Shown here: positions 19,438-32,326 of the stretch, piece by piece | Numbering within the stretch: position 1 is the stretch's first letter | Layout of the letters: each line of letters starts with the position of its first letter | Source of the DNA: a bacterium | GTDB lineage: Bacteria > Hinthialibacterota > Hinthialibacteria > Hinthialibacterales > Hinthialibacteraceae | Assembly: GCA_963662285.2 (NCBI GenBank) | Contig: CAXXMV010000006.1 | Span: 448,001 to 512,000 of the forward strand | Direction: 5' to 3' | Length of the DNA stretch: 64,000 bases | Program-made: the position numbers and the translations under genes | Notes under the pieces: generated by a model | Told to the model about the DNA's origin: nothing | The model's input: the letters and a program-made list of their open reading frames with translations, nothing else | Databases searched by the model: none

Positions 19438-21060
19438 TCCTACGGCAATATCGAAATTATCCGAAAAAACGACTTGCCCATCGACCAGAACTTCGACGTT
19501 ATCAAATTGAGATGTTATACCGATTTCGGTGCTGCCCGCCAGACCGGGATATCCAGTGCGTTCGCTGTTGGATGCATTATCCCAAAGCGGTAGTTCGAAA
19601 ATGTCGGCGCCGCCTTTTTCGACGATGCTGCCAGTCACAAGAGTACCTTCACCAATCAGGGTCATTGTGTACCATTGATTGAGTTCCCAGGCGTAATCGC
19701 TTCTCGAAGCCCATTCGACATGATCGTTGAGCATATCCACGCTGTTCACGTCGTCATGAAACATGAGGTTCAGCGCCATCTCACTGGAACCACTGGCATC
19801 CGGTTCGGGATTGCAGCGAATCATAACTCCTGACCGGGAAAGGTCATCGTCCACCCAGCTGGTCATCATTACATCGGCGCGAATGGTATAGTCTTGACCG
19901 CCAAAATCCTTCTCAATCCAAATGTGTTTCGGATCGAGACCCGAATCGGCGTAATGCTTCAAAACTCCATCGATGACCGCCCAGACGCCGTTCGCGCCGA
20001 TCTTCCAATCCGGTCCCAGACCGATTGCATGTTTTAACATGACATCCTTTAAATTGATGGATTCGCTTCCCTTGGTTACGCTGCCACAGAGTAGGCTGAT
20101 GATGGGAGCGTCTGCAGAAGGTATCTCCAGATCATAACTCATTTCCGCTGAACCGGTCTCATTACCAATATCCCAGATAATTTTATTATCGGTGATTTGG
20201 GCGTCGCCAACCGTGGTCACGATATTGGTCGCTGTCAAACCTGCGGGAATATTTTCTTCCACTGTTGTCGGGGTTGTGGGGTCAATCAACCCATCCAGAT
20301 TGATTTTGATGCCGGAAACGGTAGTTCCACCTTTATATATAATTTGCGGAACGGTGCGTTGCGCCAAAAAGGGAATCACCGTCAGTTTGACATCAGGAAA
20401 GTAACCGATAGTCGAGGCGTCCCTCTCGTTAGAGGTTACGGCCAATCCGACGTAAACCGGATCGGATAGATTATCCAGCACTCGCACCTCGTGCAGAATC
20501 GGCTGACCCGTATCGTAATCAATGTAATAACTCATTAAAGTGTTGCCCAGGCGGACCAGCTGGGCGCCGTCCTGTATATCGAAGGGGATCAATTCATGCC
20601 GCCAGTGATAGTTGGATTTACGGTCCAGAACCCCGCCCGCCGTCTCGCGCCATTCAGTATCCAATTGACCGTCGTTACGTACGAACATATCGAAATGCAC
20701 GGCGTCCGTGTCGAGAGAATCGCGAATCATCAAGGCCACTTTCACTTCGTTGCTTGAACTCTCGAAGGGATCGACCTCCAGCCTTGCGGAAATCGTAAAC
20801 GGCCCGCTCATTTCCTTGTAAACAAAATGAAAGTTGTCCGTTGCATCGCCGATTCCCGCTCCGCTGCCGGTTACTACATACTCTGCGTTTTGGAAAACGG
20901 CTGTTCCGGGAACGCCAACATCTCCTATGTCTATGTTATTTTCGAAAATTCCTACTTGTGAGAATCCGGGAATTGCCGCGAACAGAAACGCTGTTACAAC
21001 AACACAGCCCAAAGAAATCATTCTATTTCTTCTCATTGTCTTATCCCCTTTTACAAGCAA
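19414..21060 (-). CDS. Secreted multidomain beta-sandwich (ConA/LamG-, DUF1080-like) protein with a V-x-D-W-x-x-Y tail
   Basis: Signal peptide; GIFENNIDIGDVG...GSGAGI...DNFHFVY...LMIRDSL...VYVGLAVTS; second module ends QFDNVEV; ends VGVMDWSIY. Start may be ATG 21036. Confidence 0.75.
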   Translation of the reverse strand: MLVKGDKTMRRNRMISLGCVVVTAFLFAAIPGFSQVGIFENNIDIGDVGVPGTAVFQNAEYVVTGSGAGIGDATDNFHFVYKEMSGPFTISARLEVDPFESSSNEVKVALMIRDSLDTDAVHFDMFVRNDGQLDTEWRETAGGVLDRKSNYHWRHELIPFDIQDGAQLVRLGNTLMSYYIDYDTGQPILHEVRVLDNLSDPVYVGLAVTSNERDASTIGYFPDVKLTVIPFLAQRTVPQIIYKGGTTVSGIKINLDGLIDPTTPTTVEENIPAGLTATNIVTTVGDAQITDNKIIWDIGNETGSAEMSYDLEIPSADAPIISLLCGSVTKGSESINLKDVMLKHAIGLGPDWKIGANGVWAVIDGVLKHYADSGLDPKHIWIEKDFGGQDYTIRADVMMTSWVDDDLSRSGVMIRCNPEPDASGSSEMALNLMFHDDVNSVDMLNDHVEWASRSDYAWELNQWYTMTLIGEGTLVTGSIVEKGGADIFELPLWDNASNSERTGYPGLAGSTEIGITSQFDNVEVLVDGQVVFSDNFDIAVGVMDWSIY

Positions 21061-21360
21061 TTAGTATGTTGCTTTCGATGGATTTTAATAATACGATATA
21101 TCGATTCAATTCCGATATTACTAAAGCAACGCGAAAAAGTCAACAAAGGTTTTCATAACTACCATAATTGGTGGATATTTATATGTATCATCTCAATGAA
21201 TATCCTCATGATTTAAGTAAGAATCCTGAGAGAATGAATATCAAGAGCAAACGCAATAATTATGTGGATGCTTATTAGAGTGGTTGAAAAATAAAAACTC
21301 TGTACAATATGAAAGCGTCAAGAAACGAAAACTGCTCTATATGATAAAGTGGAGTGTAAA

Positions 21361-22593
21361 ATGAAAAATAGATTATTAGTTTTGTTTGTACTCATATTCA
21401 GCATTAATAATTTAAACGCTGCGGACATAACAAGTATCCAGAAATTCGGCGTCAAACCGGAAAACAGTGCAGCCCTGAACAAAATGAACCTTCAAAAGGC
21501 TATCGACTGGGCGTCAGTGCGTGGCGCCGCTTTACAGGTTGAAGCATCTGACGAACCATACCATATTGATGGCGGCATTATCCTGAAAAAGAATGTTTCC
21601 CTTATTGGCGTTCATGGCCCAACTCCACGCGGAACAGTTCATCAAACCAAGAAACAGCCCGTCGGCAGCGTCTTCAAAATTACAGATCAAGATAACCCTT
21701 TCATAACAGTGGAAACCGGTTCTCAAATTAAAGGGATTCAGTTTTGGTATCCCGAACAAACCATTCGCGATCCTAAATCAATTATTCCATATAAAGCAAC
21801 CATTAAAGTTTCCGATACGAGCAATACGCAGGGAGTCTATTTTTCCTGCTTGACTTTTTACGGTGAATATCTGGCATTTGATTTTAATGCAAAACGCAAA
21901 TTCGCATGTGAATTAATGACCTTTGAACATTGCTATGGCTATCCACTCAGTGGAGAATTTATACGCATTGACTATTGTTATGATATTCCTCGTATTTTGC
22001 ATTGTCATGTTAATCCGGCCATTCAAAGATATATCGGCGGACAATATAGTCGAGAAGTTGTTGATGCCGTAATTGCCAAAAAAAGTTTTGCATATGCAAT
22101 AAATCATACTGATAATGCTCAGATAATAGACTTATTTACATTCGGAACCTATGGCGGGATTCTATTAGGCAGTGAAACCTATGGACAACTAACCAACTTC
22201 AATCTCGACTGTGTTGCAGTCGGAATTTTGAAACGCGGCAGCAATACAAAAAATCGTAACTGGCAAATTGCGCAAGGTTCAATTATCGCCAATACCGGCG
22301 AAGATATAAAAAATATCCACCCCATAATTATTGAAGGAGAGGGTCATACATCGCTTACGAATGTTGAATCTTTTTCTGGAGAAAACACAGCATTAACAAC
22401 TGTTCCAGAAAAAATGTCCTGGGATTATCTACTTGTGAGAGGCGACCAAAAACTGACTGTATCAATATTGGGCGGCCGGATGAGAAACTACGTTTCAGAC
22501 TCCCCCGTTACCATCGAAAACAAGAACGCAATCCTTTTCTTCTCTGGTTGTTTCGATAATGATGAAAACTTATATAACAAGACTTTTGAGTAA
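21361..22593 (+). CDS. Secreted pectin-lyase-fold protein (putative glycoside hydrolase)
   Basis: Signal peptide MKNRLLVLFVL; FGVKP...LQKAID...LKKNVSLIG start typical of pectate_lyase_3-like proteins; FWYPEQ, DIPRILHCHVNP. Confidence 0.65.
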   Translation: MKNRLLVLFVLIFSINNLNAADITSIQKFGVKPENSAALNKMNLQKAIDWASVRGAALQVEASDEPYHIDGGIILKKNVSLIGVHGPTPRGTVHQTKKQPVGSVFKITDQDNPFITVETGSQIKGIQFWYPEQTIRDPKSIIPYKATIKVSDTSNTQGVYFSCLTFYGEYLAFDFNAKRKFACELMTFEHCYGYPLSGEFIRIDYCYDIPRILHCHVNPAIQRYIGGQYSREVVDAVIAKKSFAYAINHTDNAQIIDLFTFGTYGGILLGSETYGQLTNFNLDCVAVGILKRGSNTKNRNWQIAQGSIIANTGEDIKNIHPIIIEGEGHTSLTNVESFSGENTALTTVPEKMSWDYLLVRGDQKLTVSILGGRMRNYVSDSPVTIENKNAILFFSGCFDNDENLYNKTFE

Positions 22594-22630
22594 GAAAAAA
22601 TTAACTAACCTTCGCATTTAATCTACTGTG

Positions 22631-22668
22631 CGCCAAGGGCAAGACGACATTGTGTCCAGCCTTTGATC
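22631..22668 (+). repeat. Palindromic repeat family C, copy 3 (degenerate)
   Basis: CGCCAAGGGCAAGACGACATTGTGTCCAGCCTTTGATC. Confidence 0.65.
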
Positions 22669-22789
22669 AAACGACCAAAGATAGGATGAAATAACTTAAT
22701 GTCATTGCCTCCTAACCTCACCCAGGCTTGGGGGATAAATGTTTTATAGATTTAGGTGATTACCGCTGTTTCAAATATGGCGCCCCCCC

Positions 22790-22971
22790 ATCGGTCCTGC
22801 TGCCGCGTGTTCGAGTACAGCGCATACCCGACAGAAATGGCGATGCTGGGTAATGCGGCGATTGGCGCCGGAGAGATGCTCTACTGGGATGGCGAAAACA
22901 TGAAAGCAACCAACACTGACAAAGCCGAACCGTTTCTCAAATCCGAATATTACAACGGCTTTTCCATTTAA
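22790..22971 (+). pseudogene. C-terminal remnant of a Gfo/Idh/MocA oxidoreductase
   Basis: FEYSAYPTEMAMLGNAAIGAGEMLYWDGENMKATNTDKAEPFLKSEYYNGFSI resembles the end of 51431..52822 (LANIA...IEWDAENERITNNDDANKLLHYEYREPW); no N-terminal part. Confidence 0.7.
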
Positions 22972-22999
22972 TCGCAGTTGTTATATACAAAGAAACACG

Positions 23000-23032
23000 A
23001 ACGCCCCACCAGTTTTTGGTGGAGCGTTTTTT
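23000..23032 (+). terminator. Intrinsic terminator
   Basis: AACGCCCCACCA-GTTTT-TGGTGGAGCGTT followed by Ts. Confidence 0.65.
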
Positions 23033-23260
23033 GATTCCTTTAAGGTGACTTTCCAGCGTCAAGGCTTCTCTACCTATAACAAGAATTTCGTAATCGCTTA
23101 ACAAAAGTTCAGAGTCGATTGTTTAAAAGGTTAAAGGATTGGATTGTAGTAATTGCTTTGTTTCTCCTTTTGGATCGTATAAAGCAATCTTGGATTGAAT
23201 GGATGAAACTTGTTATTATGCTCACAATCCACTCCCTTTATTATCACATTGCGGTTTTGT

Positions 23261-25861
<2,601 letters not shown>

Positions 25862-26167
25862 TCATGAACGTTTCAATGTTTTAACCACCGTCTTTGAAAT
25901 ATCATGAATGCAATCAATCAATAATACCACATCAGAGGCATCAATTGCTAGATTGAAATGGTGGGATATATTAAGATTATTTATCTCATTGATGGTAAAT
26001 GTGCTGTTATTCATTAACTGTTTGCTACTATAAAATTGAGTAATTACAACGAATTTTCGCATTACTTGTTTCCTCAAGGGAATTTAAAAATACCTTTTAA
26101 GCACTGAGGATTATGCATTTATGTATTGTATTTAGCTTTACAGGACTTGTATATATCTGGTATGGTT

Positions 26168-26317
26168 ATTGGCGGCGGCTTCGAGTTAAATATCCGGTGG
26201 CGGGACGACAAACTCGTCAACACCACCGTACGTTCACTTGTGGGCGTTTCATGCCGTCTTCGCTATAGCGCAAATACGCGATGCCTGAATCTAGCCAAAG
26301 GCAAGAGCGCTCAATAG
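26168..26317 (+). pseudogene. C-terminal remnant of a GH95 alpha-L-fucosidase-like gene
   Basis: GGFELNIRWRDDKLVNTTVRSLVGVSCRLRY fits the GH95 tail pattern GGFEVDI.W..G.L....I.S..G..C..RY. Confidence 0.6.
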
Positions 26318-26362
26318 GATGGCATCCAATAACCCTGAACGAGCAACTTAAGGAGTGAAGAC

Positions 26363-29300
26363 ATGCAACGTTTTCATTATGTTTTAGGATTAGCAACTCT
26401 ATTTCTGCTGATCGCAATTGAAATTCCCTCATGTTCTGTAGAATCAACCGGGACAAACTCTCTGGTCTCAAAACACTGGACTGCCGACAACGGAAACGGC
26501 GCTTATTCCAATCCTTTGTTTTATGAAGAATTCGAAGATCCGGATATCATCCGTGTTGGAGAAGACTATTACCTCGTCGGTACGACCATGCACATGAATC
26601 CCGCTCTTCAGATCATGCATTCTAAGGATTTGGTTAACTGGGAATTGGTTGGTTATTGTATGGATAGGCTTGATTTTGGCCCAGCATTCCGTCTGGAAGA
26701 CGGTAAGAATATTTATGGTCAAGGCATCTGGGCGCCTTGTATCCGTTATCACAACGGCATGTTCTATATCTTTGCGAATGTAAACGGTGCAGGCCTACAA
26801 GTCTTTCGCTCCAAGTCAATCCATGGTCCATGGGAGCGCAACCAATTGCCCGGAAGGCACGACTTATCAGTTCTATTTGATGACGATGGAAAGGTATACA
26901 TCATCTCCGGTAATAGGAATCCTTATCCTATCGAAGAACTCACTCCAGATATCAAATCCATTGTTCCCAACTCACGGCGTATGATGCATGCTCCAGGTAT
27001 GGGAGAGGGCCATCATCTCTACAAGATTAATGGCAAATATTACGACATCTCAGCTATACCCGGCGCGACCACAGATCAAATGGTCGCTCGCGCCGATTCC
27101 ATCAATGGTCCCTGGACAGTCGAACTTATGGTACAGGGCGAATCGCTTGGAGTAACGACTGTGGCGCTTGATTATGCTAACGCCGATGATCGTGGTTTAA
27201 CGCTACACCAAGGGGGCATGTGCGATACTCCCTCTGGTGAATGGTGGAGCGTCATTATGTCTGATCACGGTAGTATCGGTCGTTTGGTATCTCTGGCGCC
27301 CATTACTTGGGAAAACGGTTTCCCTCTCATTGGCTTGCCCGGCAATCTTCGCAAAGCGCCCAATACCTGGATAAAACCCGATACAGGCTGCACTCAATAC
27401 CCCAAGCCGTCCTTCATACATAACGATAATTTCAATAGTGGTAAACTCAATAACGAGTGGCAGTGGAATCATGCGCCCGATGACAGCAAGTGGTCTCTCA
27501 CCGAGAAGTCTGGCGTTCTTCGATTGCATTCCCTGCCTGCCGAGAATTTCTATTCAGCAAGAAACAGCATTTGTCAGAGACCTCCAGGCCCCGAATCCAT
27601 TATGACTGTCGAGTTGGATACGACGGGTATGCTTGAAGGAGATACCGCTGGTTTGGCTCTATTAAGTTCTCCATACGCATGGATCGGAGTGGTGAAATCT
27701 ACCGAAGGAACTACTCTACAGATGTTCGACAGCACTGGCAGCGGCAGGGGGCTTAGTCGCGACCCTTCAGCTCCTGCAAATCCACCAACCATCAGCGCAG
27801 ATCAATCACCCGCGAATCTGTGGTTGCGAGTCGCATGTAATTTTGATAATGACAAAGCTATCTTTAGTTGGAGCACCGATGGTGAGACATTTACGCCTGT
27901 GGGTAATCCCTTTACCATGATATTCCAACTGCGAACTTTCCAAGGCGTTCGTCCCTCCCTGTTCCACTACAACACTTCTGGCAAGCCTGGCGGTTATGTT
28001 GACTTTGACAACTTTACTGTCGATGAACCAAGGGCGCGCGGCATCGAACGTGAAATTCCCATAGGCAAGACCATCATCCTAACCAGTGGCGCAGACGGCT
28101 CCATATTGGCCGCCGATCTCGCAACCTCGACTCTGATTAATATACCAGCGACCGACGCCCTACCTGACAATGCCAGGTTTCAAGTCATTGATCTTGGTAA
28201 AGGACGCATGATGCTCAAGGCTGTTAATGACAAAGTTGTCTCTGTAAGTGATGATAACGTGATTATCAAATATCTCGGTGATGCCGACCCTGGTAACTCC
28301 GAAACTTTCCAATGGGTAAACCTCATGAATGGCGATACCATGCTGATGTCTCTCACCAATCATCGCTATCTGACCACTAAACCCAACTCCACGGGGCCAG
28401 TAACCGTTTCTGCTGCCGGACCTAATCCGGCCCGTAAGGGCGGTGCTTGTTTTAAATGGAAAGATGCGAGTGCGCAGAAGACAACCATTAGGATTGAAGC
28501 GTCACAATCAGGCAAGCCAATCAGCCCCGATCTCTTTGGTATTTTCTTTGAAGACCTGAACTATGCAGCCGATGGAGGGATTTATGCCGAACTAATCCAA
28601 AACCGTTCCTTCGAATATAGCCCTACCGAGCAACCCGATTGGCATCCCCTCAAGTTTTGGGATATTGAGAAGCGAGGCGAAGGTGATGGCTCTGTCACTG
28701 TTGCCGAAATGCGTCCTATTCATGAGAACAATCCGCATTACGCTCTGTTGACTGTGCTCAATCCAGGGGAAGGTGTGGGCATTTCCAACAGCGGATTTGA
28801 CAGTATCCCTCTCAAATCTGGAGAAACGTACGTAGCGTCATTCTGGACATATCAGGCTTTCATGGGACAAATGTGGGGGCGGGGCGATAACAGCAAGCCC
28901 ATGACCGTAACTATACGTCTTGAAACTAAGAATGGTGAAGTGTTGGCTAACGCTTCAATGCAAATTAAGGGACGCGAATGGAGGAGGGTGAGTGCGAGAT
29001 TCACACCAACCCGTACGGTCAAAGATGCGCGCCTGGTCCTGCTGGCTCACGAAAAAGGATGCATTGCGCTAGACATGATTTCATTGTTCCCGGAGAAGAC
29101 CTTTCGTAATCATCCAAACGGATTGCGCGCCGACCTCGCTCAGGCTATTGCCGACCTGAATCCTAAATTCATTCGTTTCCCCGGCGGCTGTCTGGTACAT
29201 GGTGGAGGCATTCACCGATACTACGACTGGAAGGAATCAGTGGGACCGGTGGAAACGCGCAAAGCCCGGCGCAATTCCTGGGGCTATCATCAGACCCGAG

Positions 29301-30403
29301 GATTTGGATATTTCGAATTTTTCCAGTTCTGCGAAGACATAAACGCCTTGCCGTTGCCAGTCGTTACTGCTGGCGTATGTTGCCAACATGCGGGCAGTTC
29401 TCCGAACCGTGGGCAGGAAGGTTTACCTCTTGAAGAAATGCCCGACTATATTCAGGATGTCTTGGATCTGATCGAGTGGGCTAATGGTCCAGCGAACTCA
29501 AAGTGGGGTAAAGTGCGAACCGAGGCCGGATATCCCAAACCTTTTGGCTTGAAATACCTAGGAGTCGGTAACGAAGACGCCATCACACCGATCTTCAAGG
29601 AACGTTTCAAAATGATCTATGACGTGCTCAAGGAGAAGCATCCCGAAATCACAGTGATTGGAACAGTAGGCCCCTTCGCCAGTGGTGAAGATTTCGATAA
29701 CGGTTGGGATTTTGCGAATGAACTTAAACTCGAAATGGTGGATGAGCACTATTACGTTCCTCCACAGTGGTTCTGGGATAACCTGGATCGTTACGATTCC
29801 AATGACCGAAATGGTGCAAAAGTATACGTAGGCGAATACGCTGCTCATGATCGGGATCGCCGCCGGAACAGCCTTCGCTCTGCGATTGCCGAGGCCGCTG
29901 GACTAATCAGTTTTGAGCGCAACGGCGATGTCGTTCATTTCGCTTCTTACGCCCCATTGCTTGCGCGTCGAAACCACACTCAGTGGCATCCAGACATGAT
30001 CTATTTCAACGCGACGGAAGTTTTCGTTACGCCAAACTATTTTGTCCAACAACTCTTCGCTCAAAACAGCGGCGACGAGTATCTTCAGACGGTGATTCAC
30101 TCAAATTCCAAACAATCAAAACTAGCAGTTTCTACAGTCCGCGATTCGAAATCGGGTGATATTATTATAAAGATCGTCAACGGCGCAGATGAACCGACCG
30201 CATTGAAAGTAGAAATTAAAGGTTTGATGGATAGGGATTGGCGCGCGATCCAAACCGTCCTCACAGGTTCGTCAGCCGATCTTTTTAATGAGGATGGTCA
30301 ACCCCTCAAAGTAAAACCCGTCGCAAGTGATGTGACAATAAAGCCAACCTTTGATTACGAAGCGCCGACCAATTCACTCACTGTGTATCGAATTATGGAA
30401 TAA
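26363..30403 (+). CDS. GH43 xylosidase/arabinofuranosidase fused to GH51 alpha-L-arabinofuranosidase
   Basis: EDPDIIRVG, SKDLVNW, GIWAP, HQGG (GH43 and C2 domain); linker domain; then FGIFFEDLNYAADGG, RFPGGC, GVGNE, DEHYY, YVGEYA, SYAPLL (GH51). Confidence 0.9.
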   Translation: MQRFHYVLGLATLFLLIAIEIPSCSVESTGTNSLVSKHWTADNGNGAYSNPLFYEEFEDPDIIRVGEDYYLVGTTMHMNPALQIMHSKDLVNWELVGYCMDRLDFGPAFRLEDGKNIYGQGIWAPCIRYHNGMFYIFANVNGAGLQVFRSKSIHGPWERNQLPGRHDLSVLFDDDGKVYIISGNRNPYPIEELTPDIKSIVPNSRRMMHAPGMGEGHHLYKINGKYYDISAIPGATTDQMVARADSINGPWTVELMVQGESLGVTTVALDYANADDRGLTLHQGGMCDTPSGEWWSVIMSDHGSIGRLVSLAPITWENGFPLIGLPGNLRKAPNTWIKPDTGCTQYPKPSFIHNDNFNSGKLNNEWQWNHAPDDSKWSLTEKSGVLRLHSLPAENFYSARNSICQRPPGPESIMTVELDTTGMLEGDTAGLALLSSPYAWIGVVKSTEGTTLQMFDSTGSGRGLSRDPSAPANPPTISADQSPANLWLRVACNFDNDKAIFSWSTDGETFTPVGNPFTMIFQLRTFQGVRPSLFHYNTSGKPGGYVDFDNFTVDEPRARGIEREIPIGKTIILTSGADGSILAADLATSTLINIPATDALPDNARFQVIDLGKGRMMLKAVNDKVVSVSDDNVIIKYLGDADPGNSETFQWVNLMNGDTMLMSLTNHRYLTTKPNSTGPVTVSAAGPNPARKGGACFKWKDASAQKTTIRIEASQSGKPISPDLFGIFFEDLNYAADGGIYAELIQNRSFEYSPTEQPDWHPLKFWDIEKRGEGDGSVTVAEMRPIHENNPHYALLTVLNPGEGVGISNSGFDSIPLKSGETYVASFWTYQAFMGQMWGRGDNSKPMTVTIRLETKNGEVLANASMQIKGREWRRVSARFTPTRTVKDARLVLLAHEKGCIALDMISLFPEKTFRNHPNGLRADLAQAIADLNPKFIRFPGGCLVHGGGIHRYYDWKESVGPVETRKARRNSWGYHQTRGFGYFEFFQFCEDINALPLPVVTAGVCCQHAGSSPNRGQEGLPLEEMPDYIQDVLDLIEWANGPANSKWGKVRTEAGYPKPFGLKYLGVGNEDAITPIFKERFKMIYDVLKEKHPEITVIGTVGPFASGEDFDNGWDFANELKLEMVDEHYYVPPQWFWDNLDRYDSNDRNGAKVYVGEYAAHDRDRRRNSLRSAIAEAAGLISFERNGDVVHFASYAPLLARRNHTQWHPDMIYFNATEVFVTPNYFVQQLFAQNSGDEYLQTVIHSNSKQSKLAVSTVRDSKSGDIIIKIVNGADEPTALKVEIKGLMDRDWRAIQTVLTGSSADLFNEDGQPLKVKPVASDVTIKPTFDYEAPTNSLTVYRIME

Positions 30404-30658
30404 CTAAAATGAGTCAATCCTAAGAAATAATTCAATTGAAGGAAAAGTACGCACACCTGACGAAAATCAGGTACGCGTGAATTCATAAACCATTATTTCA
30501 ATGACGCTTAAAGAAAACCTACAAACAAATCTAAAATTTTATAAACCTTTATTTTACAGAAGGTTATGAAATAAATTATACGAAATTGCACGATACAACA
30601 AAACCAATTCACTGCCCTCCTGTCTAGTATCGTAAAATAAAGTCATCTCAACACAGTA

Positions 30659-30874
30659 TTAAACCGCAATCGGGGTAAGCGTATACACTCGACTATGTTT
30701 TGATGCTGTTTTTATATCCCCGACTCGCAATGCATCTCTAACAATATCCAGTTTATAAGCGTCTTCCAAAGAAAGATATGGCGACCATTCATCATTTGTT
30801 TTTAGCAGTTCCACATCAATTTCTGCCACATACTTCCCTTCATGCACTAGTTTAGTTCTAAGTCGCTTTTTCAT
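30659..30874 (-). CDS. Small protein, putative antitoxin partner of DUF4258
   Basis: MKKRLRTKLVHEGKYVAEIDVEL...WSPYLSLEDAYKLD; ATGA overlap with the upstream stop at 30871-30874. Confidence 0.7.
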   Translation of the reverse strand: MKKRLRTKLVHEGKYVAEIDVELLKTNDEWSPYLSLEDAYKLDIVRDALRVGDIKTASKHSRVYTLTPIAV

Positions 30875-31194
30875 GACCGTCTCCTCAAAAATCCTTCTTC
30901 CCATAATTCCAGATCTGGCCGATAAGCTGTAACTAGAACCACTGGACTTGTATAGCCCTTCGGGATTCCCCCTACAACATGAATCGGCTTATTATCTCTA
31001 TCTTTTTCTAAGACCAAGATACACGGGCCTTTGTGGTAGTCTGGATAGTCTTCTACCTGGATAGCGTCTTTAAATCCTTCAATCACATCCCGCGCAAAGA
31101 TATCATCTGCCGACAACTCATCATAACCATGTTCAGATACACGAACCTGATCCTCCAGAATAAGCTGTCGAATTTGTTCAATTGTTGAGAGCAC
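30871..31194 (-). CDS. DUF4258 domain protein (putative RelE/BrnT-like toxin)
   Basis: SEHGYDEL, EDYPDYHKGPCILVL, PIHVV, LVTAYRPD..W. Confidence 0.8.
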   Translation of the reverse strand: MLSTIEQIRQLILEDQVRVSEHGYDELSADDIFARDVIEGFKDAIQVEDYPDYHKGPCILVLEKDRDNKPIHVVGGIPKGYTSPVVLVTAYRPDLELWEEGFLRRRS

Positions 31195-31464
31195 ACGTTT
31201 TCCTTTATCATTTAATCACTTTTATTATTTTATACGAATCATCAAACAATTCAATTTCAGATAAGGAGTTGCAAATTCACTTTAGGCTTAAGTCTCATCA
31301 AATCAATAAGAACCGAATTTTGGGGAGGGATAGATTAACTATGGTCTCACTTTAGCTTAACAGCTACAGATTCATGCTTAACAAGCACAGATTGCTCTGA
31401 TTAAAGATTGCTTAATATAAGATGTTGCGTGAATTTCGTTCTTCACCCACTTTTTGCCGATTCT

Positions 31465-32325
31465 TCAATTACGTGTTTTTTCAAAGTAAACAGTGTCCAA
31501 TGTTTTATTTCTTTTAAGGGGTATATCATTATTTTGAGTTAAAGTTTCCATTGAGCCGATTAATAATTTTCCATCATTCTTCAGAATATCACTGATATTT
31601 TTAAGCACTCTGTGTTTAGCCCAATCGGCAAAATAAATGAGAACATTTCTAAGAAAAATCACATCAAACATCCCTAAAGATTCCAAAGAATCCATTAGGT
31701 TCCAATTTTTAAATTCTACCCGATTTAAAAATCCCTTTTTAAGTCTCCAATTGTGCTCTTCTTGATCGAAAAAATCATTGAGTATGTCGTTGGGCATGCC
31801 GCGTTCCATTTCGAATTTATTAAATTGTCCTATTTTGGCATTCGATAGAACATCCTGAGATATGTCAATAGCTAGTATCTCGAATAAATTTGACGATATA
31901 CCAGAGGATTGATTGCAAAACCGGTCAATCAGCATCATAAGAGAAAAGGCTTCCTGCCCTTTAGCTGAACCGGCGGATAAAATCCTAATATGTTTTCTTG
32001 AATTAGAGCGCAATTTATCGCCAAGTTCCGGCAAGATGATTTCTCGAAACAAATTGAAAGGAGTTCGATCACGAAACCATTGTGATTCGTGTATCGTGAT
32101 TGCATCAATTATTGCGTTAGCAAATATATTTTTGGGATTTGATCCGGCATTAGCCTTTGAAATTAACGCCGCATAATTTTCTAATGAAAAATGGGATAGC
32201 AATGGAGCGAGTTTGTGATCGATTAAATATCGTTTTTCTTCTGGAATAAGAATACCCGATAGAGTTTCTATGTATACCTTTATGAATTCATATTCCTGGT
32301 CAGTGTGTTGATATTCTTTTTTCAT
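31465..32325 (-). CDS. cheR: Chemotaxis protein-glutamate methyltransferase
   Basis: TIHESQWFRD, ILSAGSAKGQEAFSL, IDIS, FDVIFLRNVLIYF, IGSMETL. Confidence 0.92.
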   Translation of the reverse strand: MKKEYQHTDQEYEFIKVYIETLSGILIPEEKRYLIDHKLAPLLSHFSLENYAALISKANAGSNPKNIFANAIIDAITIHESQWFRDRTPFNLFREIILPELGDKLRSNSRKHIRILSAGSAKGQEAFSLMMLIDRFCNQSSGISSNLFEILAIDISQDVLSNAKIGQFNKFEMERGMPNDILNDFFDQEEHNWRLKKGFLNRVEFKNWNLMDSLESLGMFDVIFLRNVLIYFADWAKHRVLKNISDILKNDGKLLIGSMETLTQNNDIPLKRNKTLDTVYFEKTRN

Positions 32326-32326
32326 C

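Noticed and set aside
18448-22668. Palindromic repeats as a CRISPR array or integron attC array
   Set aside because: Copies are 0.9-3.3 kb apart, there are no regular spacers, no cas or integrase gene, and no clear RYYYAAC/GTTRRRY ends.
26294-26310. GCCAAAGGCAAGAGCGC as a fourth copy of repeat family C
   Set aside because: Only the left half matches, no hairpin forms, and it lies within the GH95-like remnant.
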